The translations under genes and the position numbers were made by a program. A stretch of 64,000 nt of DNA from Bugula neritina. Taxonomy: Eukaryota > Animalia > Bryozoa. How positions within the stretch are numbered: the stretch's first letter is position 1; each line of letters begins with the position of its first letter. Of this stretch, positions 40,746 to 53,460 are shown piece by piece. The notes under the pieces were generated by a model that was not told the origin of the DNA, ran no database searches, and worked only from the letters and a program-made list of their open reading frames with translations. Location of the stretch: NCBI GenBank assembly GCA_964035545.1, contig OZ037765.1:22071504-22135503 (forward strand), written 5' to 3'.

Positions 40746-43700
40746 ATGGCAACACGAGCTACAAGAAGTCAACAAAAAGCATCTGATAAAGCCAATGCAT
40801 CTCCCGCCCGCTCTACAAGGTCTGGTGGTAGATCAGTATCTCCAGCCTCGCTGAGTCTAGGTCTGGGAAGAGCTTCCTCACCGGCATCTAGTCTTCGCTC
40901 TGCATCCCCTGGAAACACCACTAGGAATGTTGCTGCCAAATCTGCTAGAGGCAGAGGAAGAGGCCGAGGGTCTACTCATAGTTCTAGTCCTCAGAAAGCA
41001 GATGCTGCTATGCCAGCTACTGGTGGATCAACAAGTCCTCGAGGGAGAGGGAGAGGAAGAGGCAGGGGAAGGGGGCGAGGCCGTGGTCGAGGGAAACTGG
41101 TTACTGCAGACTCTTTAGTCGATGAGGTAGTTGCTTCAGAAGAACCTGAAAATTTAAACGAATCGACTGATAATGCTATTTTGGACCAACATTCTGAAAT
41201 AGAATGTGAGGTGGTAGAGAAAAGTGTGAGTGGTGAAAATAAAAATGAGTTGGAAAGCGCATCTCCGCCCACTATCGATTCCCAGCCTGAACCTGGTGAC
41301 GGGGAAGGTGAAGGCATTAATTCTCTTCCTTCAGATTCAAATCCTGAAGTATTAGCTACCACCGGTGATGATTCAGCTGTAAATGAGATCACCACCATTG
41401 CTACTCAGTTGGTTTCTAATACTGAGGCTGAGGAGTGGACAGAGGCTGATGCTGACAATATTACATTCACAGAAGAACACATTAAACAGCTAGAATCAGT
41501 TTTATCATCAGAAGGTCTTATGCTGCTGTCAACTCAGGAAGACTCAACTGAGCTCAATGATATGTCTATAGATGATAAAGTTATTGAGGTAAGGAGTATC
41601 TAGGTTCTAGGTTGTTTTAATGATCTTATCAACAATTAAATATTTCTTTTACAAATATCTGTGACAGTGGTGCAGTTTTAACAAATGTTTATTGTTGAAA
41701 TTGCAGGAAGGCTTGCAAGCTGATCCTGTTGCCGTTGCAGTGTCGTTGGAATCGGAAGTAGAAGGAGATGCTAAACTCGACAATCTTTCTCCATCAAATA
41801 AGCTGCCTGTTGCAGATCCAGCGCCAAGGTAGTCAGCTAGCTACCTTAATATCTAGATATCTGCAAGTTGTTAAGATTTGTAGATTAATAAATCCTGAGA
41901 CATTGTCTATTTATATACTAATATATGTTTCAGAAGGCGTTCAGAGCGCGTTACTGACTTGGAACGCCGAGCTCAGGCCGATAAAATTCGACAAGAGAAT
42001 GTGCGTAAAGAAAAGGAAATGTTAAAAGAGTTGGAAGCTGCTAAAGAAAAAGAGAAGTTAAAAGAGTTGGAAGCTGCTAAAGAAAAAGAGAAGTTAAAAG
42101 AGTTGGCAGCCAATAAAGAAACGGAAATGTTGGAAGAGTCTAATGTTAATAAAGAAAAGGAGGTGCTCACCAAAACTGTCAACACAGATAATGCTGCTGC
42201 TTCGTCTGAGACTGAGAAAAGCAGTAAAATGCCTTCAGCTAATAGGAGCAAGCCACCAACTCAATCATTACCTAAACCAAAAATTGCAGAGGATAAATTA
42301 CCGAAAAGTACTACTCCTAGCAAGAGAAAATCAACCAGTCAGGTAAGCAACTTCATTTTCTATGAAATATCCTCTAAATCAATATTAATTTTTAAACTGA
42401 ATTGCAATGACTTTATGCTTCTTGTTCGCTTTGTTAGATTGAGAAACCTGAAGGTAAAACCAAGTCTCCTAAAAAGACATCAACTATAGAAGTAAAGCCA
42501 AGTACCGTAGAGCCCGTGAAGACGCCCGATGGTAGTGGTTGGATTCCTGGAAAGATTCGGGTTATCAGCAAACAGTCGGAGTCTTCTGAAACCGATAGCC
42601 AACGGATGAAACGCAAATCACAAGAACTTAAAAGGTTCTGCTCTACTTGTACTATTGTGACGTAATCAAAGTTTATTGATTTCATTCAACTGTAGCCTTA
42701 ATATGAGTTTCTTGTATTCCAGGCGGTTGTCTGCTACAGCAGAAGACTTATTCAAACCAGATGAACCGGTGGATGTGAAGAGGCCTCGTCGCCGCAAAGT
42801 CAAGGCCCTTCCTACTGATGGTGAGTGTAACACTGCTTGGTCACACTCTGCTTCCCACTAGGCTTCTCTTGAATTCTCACCAAGTTTAACAGAGGTGTTA
42901 CATTCACAATGTATATAATCTCACTACTTTACAAACATACATATAGCTTTAAGTCGGCCTTTTTATCATTAAACTAGGAGCCATAAATATTTTTGCTATT
43001 AAACTGTAGTTCAGCTTCATAGCAGGGACTTGCAATCTAACTTTGATAAAGTATAAAATACTGTTGACTGTACACCATCTGCTTTTGTAACAGAGGTTTC
43101 AGGTGGTGAGTCATCATCCAGTGACTCAGAACCTCCAGAAGGTGATGATGACGAATGGATGGAGGAAGATGACCCTGACCAGCTGTGGTGTGTCTGTCGT
43201 AAGCCACATGACAATAGGTAGGCTTCACTTTCACTGTGCTAATATAGTCACTGCTCATCAGCTCCTTTATTCAATGATGCTTGATTTTGCACCTACTGCA
43301 GTAAAATAATCGCGGTTAGGTGTGACATGATATTTATTAGCTTGTAGCTGTGGTGAATATCAGGTGTCTATTTGGTTTTTTAGGCAGTTACTGTAGTTTT
43401 AATGTTGTTGAAAGATATTTTACAAAGGTATAGGCATATATTTGGACCTCTTTTATTAATGTTGGCAGGTTTATGATATGCTGTGACCGTTGTGAGGAAT
43501 GGTATCACGGCGACTGCGTTGGCATATCTAGAAAACGTGGCAAGCAAATGGAAACGCAGAATGAAGAATATATTTGTTCGCAATGCAAAGGTGTGTGCTC
43601 TATCAGTACATACAATACAGCCCATACTTCCAAATACACTTCAGATACTAATCTGTCTGCATATACAATACCACAACATGTGCCTTTCTACACAAAAACT

Positions 43701-46700
43701 ACCAGGCCGTTTTAAATATATGATATGTTTGACTTTTGTTGTCTTATCAGTTCGCTCATGTGTTGCATGTATAATCTTCCTTGTGGAAAAGGTTTCTGAT
43801 CATACTTCTAACTAAACTTGATGTGGTAACTTTAAAAAACCAAAATTTTTAATTTTCACTGGTGAAAGGATAAGCTAGAGGCTTCATATTTAAAATACTT
43901 GTAACTGCTTTATGTGTTATCTTTTATGAGGACATCCTTCCTAAGATTTACATCTTGCACGTAACTCGCAAAACTGCTCATTGAAACTACGCAACTAGTA
44001 CATTTGAAAGAATTTCAAATTCAGCAGTTACTAAAAGAGTAGCTAAATAATTTCTGTACTTATATTTTCACCAAATAGAAAAGGAGATAGTGGAAAGACT
44101 TGGTGGTGTAGATATGTTGACGGTAACGCCTTTGACAACTTCCTCTCAAGCTGCTGGAGATGCTGACGTGCCATCTCTGTCCTCAGCAGAAATGGCGACT
44201 TCCAAAGACACGAAGAGTGGTAATACTACTGTGAGTGTATGGCGTTACCTGTGTTCTAATCTGGTGTGATATATACTAATTTAGATGACATAAGGATGAA
44301 ATAAATGAGTCTGTTATGCGCTCCATTGCTATTGCAATATTTTCTTATGGTATAAATTATATGAATTGAATGGGCTGTTTTATTGTTTCCTTACTATTAT
44401 TACATGGTGTTTTGCCAGAGCGTCACAAAGTCAAAAGATTCACCAGTTAGAGGGGAGATACGAAAAAAAGATGCTTCAAACACATCAGAGAAAAAGAAGA
44501 GATTTGGAAAGTTTAAAGTAAGTTTATCCATTCTGTGTTTCACTTACTGTATATATTTTATAGGACTATAAGAAGTAAGTTATATAGAGGGTAAAATTAT
44601 GTTAAATTATAACATGCTGATGATGAATCATAAGATAGTGTGAGCTAATATCTAAATTAATTATCAGATGGCTCACTAAAACCCAAACCAAGGTCCTTGC
44701 GTGAGCCAAGGGATCAGTTTAAGTAGGAATCGCATAAAAAAAATACTGAACAAATCTGCTCCAACCCTTTCTGATCAAACATAAATTAAACATTGATACA
44801 TGTAGCCTCTGTTCTAATTTCTTTTCATCCATGGTAGAGACTCAGCAGGTATAAAGTGTTATTGTTTGCTAGCAATATGTCAAATGATAACTGTATGAGA
44901 GTGTTTGATGCACAATAATTTATACTGGTATAAAGTACCATGGAGGTACGTGTTGTTCATCTTGCTCTTACCAAATTTTGAAAAGCTTTCTAAGCTTTAA
45001 AGCAAACTCAATTTACGTAATCCTATTGTAGACCAACACGCCACGCCAGCACTGTATCGGGTCAGGGTGTGACAACTGGGCGGAGGATAACAAGATTTAC
45101 TGCTCTTTAAATTGCATCATCCGACACGCCAAGGAATCCCTTGAAATTATCGCACAGGAGAAATCCAAGACAATAGGACCAAAACACGAGGTATGTGACT
45201 CACATCCCCCCATCTTTATCACTCAGTTGTTTACACACCATAAGTTAAACTGTACCTCAGCACCCTCATTCTATGGTCACGGCAATCTCTGTTTGCAGGA
45301 GCACAAGAACACCCCGAACCTCGTGGTCATGGAGCGTCACACGGGAAGACTAGTCACTGGTGCACACGCACCTAGCGCTGCCAATCTGATTTCTTGGCTC
45401 ACTAAACATCCTTCATTTGAGGTGTTGCGACCCGGACAGCAATCGGGTCACGTTTCTAGCAGCTCATCTCACAGGAAGCAGAAGAGTAAACTATTGTCAA
45501 CTGGTGAGTGTGTTTGGAGTTGTTTGAACATGCTGGGCACAATTACATTATGTTATTCTGATGAATATGAGGTTGTTGTATTGGGCTATAAAACAGATTA
45601 ATTATTTCTAATCATTTGTATTGTTATATTAGGGGACGAGAAAACTGCAAACCGGCGTACCTCCTCAACAAAAGAGGAAGAACCTAGCACTCAAACCAAA
45701 AGACCGTCTGGGCCTGACCCTCATACTATACGCGCCAATGTTAGAAAGTCCCTAAATGATATTCTCATAGAGAGGTAATCCCACTTTGCTACATAATGCT
45801 AACAGGTCTTTTATTAAATATATTTAGGTAAATGTGTTCAGATAATCGGTCGGTGCATGTGGAAAATGTGTTACTATTGATGTGATTTTTTAATTAATTT
45901 TCTTAATGTGATTTGAGCTGTTGGAATAATGATGTCAGATGTCATACAGAGGCAGGCAGGTGTACACTTCTTTGAGTAAAGTTAACTGAGTTAGAAAGTT
46001 TGTGAAATTGTTTCTATTAAGATTTCTCTTCTCCTATTTAGGTCAAAGGAGATATCAAGTTTTGAGATATCAGATGAAGAGATTAAGACCATAGTATCAT
46101 CTATAGAGCATGAGCTACACAAATACTATGGAGATACCAACCAGAAATATAAGTCTAAATATAGAAGTATCATATTCAATGTGAGAGACCCTAAGAATAA
46201 GGTATGGTTAGGCTTTTACAGTGTATTCTGCTAAAAATAATAGCATGTTTTGTATGACAAAAAAACTCTATTTTACGAATGAACTGGAATATATATATTG
46301 ATAATTTCTCAACACACTGTTTTTGTTTTCTTTCATAGTATTGTGTGCAAATTACGTGTTATGTATTATACATTGATAGTGAAGTCAGACATTGGAGTGA
46401 CTTCACTCCATAGTTTATTGCACTGTATTATAACCATGCTTTCTCAGGGCCTGTCACAGAAAATCATTAGAAAAAAGTTGAAACCATCGAAGTTGGTTCG
46501 AATGACTCCTGATGAAATGGCTTCCAAAGAGTTGCATCAGTGGCGGGAAAAAGAAATTCAATCGGTGAGTGATGGGAGAGAATTTCAACTATTTCAATCT
46601 GTTTCAATATATTTTCACCCAGTAATGTTGTTAGCAAGTGTATGTATATAGTGTGTCTGTAAGATGACTCTACTACCACGTGGTGCACTGTTAGTCTCAG

Positions 46701-49700
46701 AAGAGGAGTAATAATAATAATGCAACCGACTATTCACTTTTGTAACTTGTGGATGTATAATGAATGCCAAGTTGCTAAAGCTATCACCTGCCAAGTGCTA
46801 CTGAAATCTGTTGAATGCAGGAGTTGGAAAAGATTAGAGCAGATGAAGAGCGGAAGGCTGCAGCCAATCCGGTGCTGAGAAAAATGACTCACAAAGGCGA
46901 GGTAGAAGTCGTGCAGGAAACGTACCCTGATCTCAACATTAAACTCGAAGAAGGCGTGAAAGACTATGACATGGACTCTAAAGCTTCTACTTCTTTGAGA
47001 AGTCCTAAATATAGCACAGTATGTACACAATAGAAAGCATGCTCTGTATACAGTTGACATAAGTCTGTAGCGTCAGCACATTTCGTTGAGCAAATAACTT
47101 GTGCTTTTTGTACTGAATTACATCTTTAGAGATCAGTTTGTAAATCATTTTGGTGTGGTAAGTTACAGTTGGCTTATTTTCAAGAGTTACTAAATTTATC
47201 AAATAGAAAAATTACAACTGTTTATGTTATGTGGGGGGAATTAAGTTTGATAGTTTACATTTCATAGCACACAACAATATAGCAGCTGGTTGCTGTTAGG
47301 AATTTGTTTGTCATCTGCTGCGTATTGAGGCTATAATATTTAATAGTAAGACAAGTGTTGCCTTTTCCTTTTTTTTTCTATTATTAGTATAAATCAGTTA
47401 TTTGTGTTCTCCTTACTACTCCCTTTTAAATTTGCAGTAATTACTGGTTCAACTCATCTTTTAGAAGGATGACTCGAGTTCCAAATCTCAGAACTCTGCG
47501 GATGTTCTCTCCTCTCTGATGGGATCAACAGCCGACACGACCTCCCAGCATGACGCTCATCTCTTTGATATCAACTGTAAGATCTGTACCGGCAAACAGA
47601 CAGCACCAACTGGGGCAGAGCTAGAGCGGCGCAACAGCCATAAGAAGTTGAAGATTGGATTTGAAGCTAGCAGCTCTCAGAGTAAGGCCAGGCCGAGAGA
47701 AAGTAGTCGGGAGGAAATAGATAGAGTAAGACGTGATTCCATGGTGTTTTATATGCAGTGTTGAGATATAGTGCAAGTAAAGTCAACTTGTTATTCAGAA
47801 CATATATATTTGCTGTCACTTACTTCAGTATATGTTTTTATTCATAAGAAATTGGATACAAAACCTTTTCTTTATCTACTCTTGCACTAGACGTGAGTTT
47901 TCACATTTTGGTATAAATTATTGATTTTTGATTATCAATGCATTGGTGTTCTGGCACAGGTAATTAAAGCTGAATTGAAGGATCTAGAAAAAGAAATCAA
48001 AGTGTTTAAAGAAGAAGATAAAGCCGCAGCTCAGAAGATGGAGAGTAAAAGGCGCAAGGTGCAAATAGAAGAAACGAAGAATCGTGTAAAATTCGATAAT
48101 TCACCAAAGCAAGAGCCTTCCTCCACCGTTCTGTCTCCTTACTCTCCAACAACCGACCTGTCCTCACCCACCCCGGTGGTTTCCAAGAAGAAGCATCAGC
48201 CCTCTGCCTGGAAAGGCTTCATAGATGTACCGGAAGTGAGCAAGTTCTTTACTACAGCTCACGGAGTGCACGGCAATTCCGACTCTCTCAAATCTGTAAG
48301 TCTAAGCCATTGATTTGTTACCAAGTATTACATATAATAAATATGTACAGTATACAGTTTCTAGTATTAATTAGCTTTGTCAATTCTGTTGAAATCGTTT
48401 TTGTGCGCTTTTGCCTAGCAGTTTTATGTCAGTTAATGTGGATTATCCATTCAAAAGATATACAGTTTTGTAATGTGGTGTAATATAAGATCCTATTTTC
48501 TGAAATGTGGCACGATTTTATTTTGTATTTGATGTGTTCTTCAGGACTTACCTGACTCGTTGCAAATAGTCGGTCGCATTCACCCCTCACAAGTCTGGGA
48601 GTATATTAGTCAACTGAAGCACACCATCAGCAGGGTAAATCCTATCTCTTGTCTAAAATTTCATTCAAGTGACAAACCTTTAATTTCACGAAGCTTTAAT
48701 TATAGAATATTGTCAGAAACTTTTTTGATTTAAAGTTATCTTCCCATTACAGGAAGTGATTCTTGTTCGGTTCTCTGCTGTTAATGAAGAGGAGAAAATA
48801 GGATACAAGGACTACTTTAAGTATCTGTCTGAGAAAAAACGGTTTGGTGTAGTTGGAAATGGCGCTAGCACAATCAAGGATATGTACATCATACCTCTGC
48901 CCAGCCACGAGTCTCTGCCTGCTGCACTCAAACCTTACCGGCATAAAGGTGACTTGCATTGGCTTGCTTTGTGGACAAACATGTGAACCATTATCTATTG
49001 TGTTTAAACAATTTTTTCGAATGTATTTGGAATCGGAAGTTTTCTGTCAACTTGAATTGTCAGTTTAATATGCGTTCTATCTACCCATACTTAAATGGCG
49101 TGTCTCACTATTTCATCGATGATGTTTTCTCGGGCTGAAATAATCTCTTTATAGATTTCTTGCACTTGTATATATTTATTCTGAGCGAATGATTTTATTT
49201 GGCTAACAACTACTACTGTTTTTAATTTTAGTATTAGCCGATGATAATCGCCCGAATATGTTGGTGGGGTTGGTTGTCAGAACCAAGGTCAAGAAGTCAC
49301 AAGAGAATAGTCAGGCAGTGAGAAGTGAGGAAGACGAGCCTTATGAACCTCCTGGCTTGGGCGATATTATTCCAGCAGAACCTGAGACACCCTCCCCTAA
49401 AGACACGTCCCAACCTGTGGAACCTTTGCTAGGCATTAACTGTAAGTGTGCTTGTCCTTATCTTAGCACATGTTTATATTGTGCGAGTATGTTAGTTGAG
49501 GAATAAAATGATTTATTGGAAATATTATGAATTAAAACAGTATGTTAATATATCCTGAATAAATTAATTATAACTGCTTTTTTGTGTATTTTAAATTGGA
49601 AATGCTATTAGTAAATATTTTTCTATTATATGCATTGTGTATGCAAAATGTTACTCAATATTTACCTCAGGCCTGTATAGCCACATGATTTGCAACACAG

Positions 49701-52700
49701 TATCACACATCCATATATTTATACTGTAATATTGTGCTTGTATTGGAATATGATTTTGAGCTCTATCAAATAATTGCTTTTTTGGACATTTTTCTCTGGC
49801 ACTTGAAGTCTGAAAATAAATTTTGGTTTGAAACAATAAACTCCCATTGTGTAAGCAGTGGCTGTTAGTTTAATATGATGGAGTATAGACTCGCAGTAAC
49901 ACTATTTGAATCTTTCACAGCTGTTGAAGAATATGACCCTACTAAACCTCTTGTGGCTCCAACAGCCCCGGCAAAGAGTCACACAGATATGGATGTTGAC
50001 GAAGAGGAACCGTATGACCCCATAGTGTCTGCCTACAGTCTGGCAGATGCCGAGATGCTGAATGCGGAAGATGCTCCAGGTATGCTGTTACCAACTAGCA
50101 TTATACTACCTGCCTAGCCATGTATTACTACTGTGAACTATAATACTATACTACCTGCCTAGCCATGTATTACCACTGTGAACTATACTACTATACTACC
50201 TGCCTAGCCATGTATTACCACTGTGAACTATACTACTATACTACCTGCCTAGCCATGTATTACTACTGTGAACTATAATACTATACTACCTGCCTAGCCA
50301 TGTATTACCACTGTGAACTATACTACTATACTACCTGCCTAGCCATGTATTACCACTGTGAACTATACTACTATACTACCTGCCCAGCCATATATTACCA
50401 CTGTGAACTATACTACTATACTACCTGCCTAGCCATGTATTACCACTGTGAACTATACTACTATACTACCTGCCTAGCCATGTATTACCACTGTGAACTA
50501 TACTACTATACTACCTGCCTATTCATATATTACTACGGTGAACTATAATACTATACTACCTGCCTAGCCATGTATTACCACTGTGAACTATACTACTATA
50601 CTACCTGCCCAGCCATGTATTACTGCTGTGAACTATACTACTATACTACCTGCCTAGCCATGTATTACCACTGTGAACTATACTATTATACTACCTGCCC
50701 AGCCATGTATTACCACTGTGAACTATAAAAGACCAGCGGTTTTTGGTCGAATCTTATTGCTTTGCGATTTTCCCGACCTTTTAAACTGATTAACAAACTT
50801 GGGGGCACGTGCTGTCACAATGTGATAGTTAATAGAATTTTAAGATTCATCTCACTACTTTTGAAGTTGCCAGTCTGCTGCTACATAATTTATCCATCCA
50901 AGCAGATTTGACCAAAGTCATTGTTGAACTTTCAATGCCAGCTTATGTGCTTTGCGGTGTTTCAAAGCACTCAAGAAAAATTGTTACAATAAAAGTGACT
51001 AGTAAAATTCTTACATAACTTATATCTGCTCTTGGAATCTTGAACTTACTGCAGTGATGAAAAGTAATCTATTAAAATATGATGATCTTCAAATAACCAA
51101 AATTTGAGAGAATGGAAATATGGTATTTTAACATTTACATTTAGGCCAAATTATTTCTAAATTTTGTTTTCATTCAAATGCTCTTAGCAGTTTCTGTAAA
51201 AACAAAGCATGGTAAGTATGTGCTAATGCTTACATGAATAGGAAGTACTCGTATGTGCTTACACTTGCATGAATACTAGAAAAGTTAGCCATTCAAGAAT
51301 ACTTTTTAATAGGATCTTCAGCTTATTCCAACATAATTAAAAACTATAACACTGAAATTGATTATAAAGAATGTTTTACGGTTTCTGAAGAGATACTGCT
51401 TGCATTTACTTGATGATTACCACATTATGACTTTCATATTCCTGTACAGGATATTAAACTTTTTTTGATAGATGCTTCAAATTGAGAAAGTGATGCGCTA
51501 TTTGCTATGTGTATATATTTGCTGTACTGCATTGCTATCTAGGTGCTGCCCCATACTCTCCTGGGCAAGAAGATATGGACACTACAGAAAAGGTTGCAGA
51601 CAACAAATCCAACAGCAAACTCAACTCCGAGCCTTATGATCCTGAAGATGAAGGAGGTTACGACCCCGCAGACCCAGTCATCTCTGTACCTTCTACTTCC
51701 AGTACTTCCAGTAAACACACATCTTCTCCATCTGCCCTGCCTGAGGTGAGTTTGTTGACGGGAATGGTTATCGGTTCACACAAAAAATAGGTTTTAAATG
51801 TGATGTTTCACCAACTTCAATATTTTTAATGAGCGGCTTTGCTTTGCTAACCAAGCAAGCTTCTAGAGTGAAATATTTTATAATTGAAATATAATTTTGC
51901 CTCTTTGTGGTTCTTTTTGTTTACTTCTAACAAGCATGCTGGGGGTTTTGGTTACAAATGATCAGGATTTCACAGATCATTCATTTCTTGCATCAGTTGC
52001 TGAAAATTAGTTGGCTATCTTATAAACTGAGAACAAATTTTGATGATGATTGATTCTACTTTGCTATTTTGCAATTGCCTGAATTTTTTTTAGGACTCTG
52101 AATTGACAGCTCAGCAGCTTGCTTTAAAGCGCCTCACCATGCAAGTGGAGTTACAGAGGTTGGAACTGGAAAAGAAGAAAGCTCTATTGGCTGCCCAGCC
52201 TCCCTTACCACCACCTTCTAACTCACCCACTCATCGAATTCTTGCTCAACCCCCTTCCCTCCCACCACCTCTTCCTAAGACATTTTCAGATATTGTGTCT
52301 GACAAAATTTCACCCGACTCTTCAATGGATTCAAAACTGTCAAGTTTCATGGATTCCTACCATAAAACAGTAGCAAAAAGGAGTGTAGTTTCTGTGATGT
52401 CTGCCCCACCACCCCCTCCTGACAGATCTCGTACAATGGAGCCAGACAGCTATGAATCAGCTGATCGACCTAAAATATCATTTCCACTTCAGGGTCACAA
52501 AAACAAACCTCAGGTTTTGCAGAAACCTCCTGAAGAAGAGGAACCAACTCGTAGACCATATTTACCACCTCCAACCCAGCACCATGGCTCATTTGAATCT
52601 AGGCCCCATTTGCCGCCACCTCACAAGCCATTATTGCCACCACAACCTGCTCATTTACGATCACATGAGTTTGCAGAAGCACCTAGCAACAGACATCTCT

Positions 52701-53005
52701 CCCGTGGCCCTTACGATAATCCTCACAATGATCCCAGAGCATTTTCCCAATCTGACCGATCTTCGTACCCGCCTCCCCATAGAGAACATTCTCGGGAGTT
52801 CTATCGAGATGGTTATAACAGAGACCGAGGTTACGATGATAGGTCAAACTGGCAAGGAGATTATGATTATAGGGACAGCTGGACTGGAAACAATTATGAT
52901 GGACGTGACCGTTACCAAAGACCTCCACCTCGCCAAGGTGATGGCTATAGCCATCGGGGCAGGCATCATGGTTATAATGACGGCTATCATCGCAGGAACT
53001 ATTAG
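40746..53005 (+). CDS. DIDO1: DIDO1/PHF3/PPS family protein (PHD, BRK, TFIIS-M, SPOC), ~23 exons
   Basis: PHD: DPDQLWCVCRKPHDNR|FMICCDRCEEWYHGDCVGI...YICSQC. BRK: VMERHTGRLVTGAHAPSAANLISWLTKHPSFEV. TFIIS-M: KYKSKYRSIIFNVRDPKNKGL...MASKELHQWR. Conserved DTTSQHDAHLFDINCKICTG. SPOC: WKGFID...LPDSLQIVGRI...RFGVVGN...IKDMYIIPL...MLVGLVVR. ATG 40746, stop 53005. Best read as a co-orthologue of vertebrate DIDO1/PHF3. Confidence 0.92.
42021..42130 (+). repeat. In-frame 36-bp coding tandem repeat (LKELEAAKEKEK) x ~3
   Basis: Visible in both DNA and the ORF translation. Confidence 0.85.
50102..50727. repeat. 45-bp minisatellite, ~14 copies, in a DIDO intron
   Basis: Unit TATACTACCTGCCTAGCCATGTATTACCACTGTGAACTATACTAC; begins just after the donor at ~50080. 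Confidence 0.95.
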
Positions 53006-53460
53006 CACATTGCTTTACTCTGTACTATATTCCTATAATTGTTTCAAATGTTAGCAATTTTGTCAATATTGTAAAATATTCATGCATATTGTACAGACCA
53101 GATATTATTTTATCCTATATTGTTAGAAGAAATACTCTTCTATTTATTAATTTTTAAAACTTTTCATTTTTAGTAAAAAAGTGCATGTGGATAAAATTTG
53201 GAAATAGACGCTAGGTTAAAAATATGTACTAAATATTTGAGAATGATTTTTGTACATATGAGAAAAAAGAAAGGAATATCACAGGATTTTTCAATACAAT
53301 TTGTCGTGTTATAAAAAAGTTTTATCCAACAAAGCTATTGTAAAACTACAAGGCTGGCAGGCATGCAAAATACATCATAATACATACTTGACTTATTGAC
53401 TTGTTAGTCTGTATAAACTGCAGAAACAAAATGAAACCGCAACCTATTGGATAGGTGCAT

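Noticed and set aside
50300-50548. Tyr/Cys/His-rich repeat protein ORF
   Set aside because: Translation of the 45-bp intronic minisatellite; other units contain stops and no splice sites link it in.
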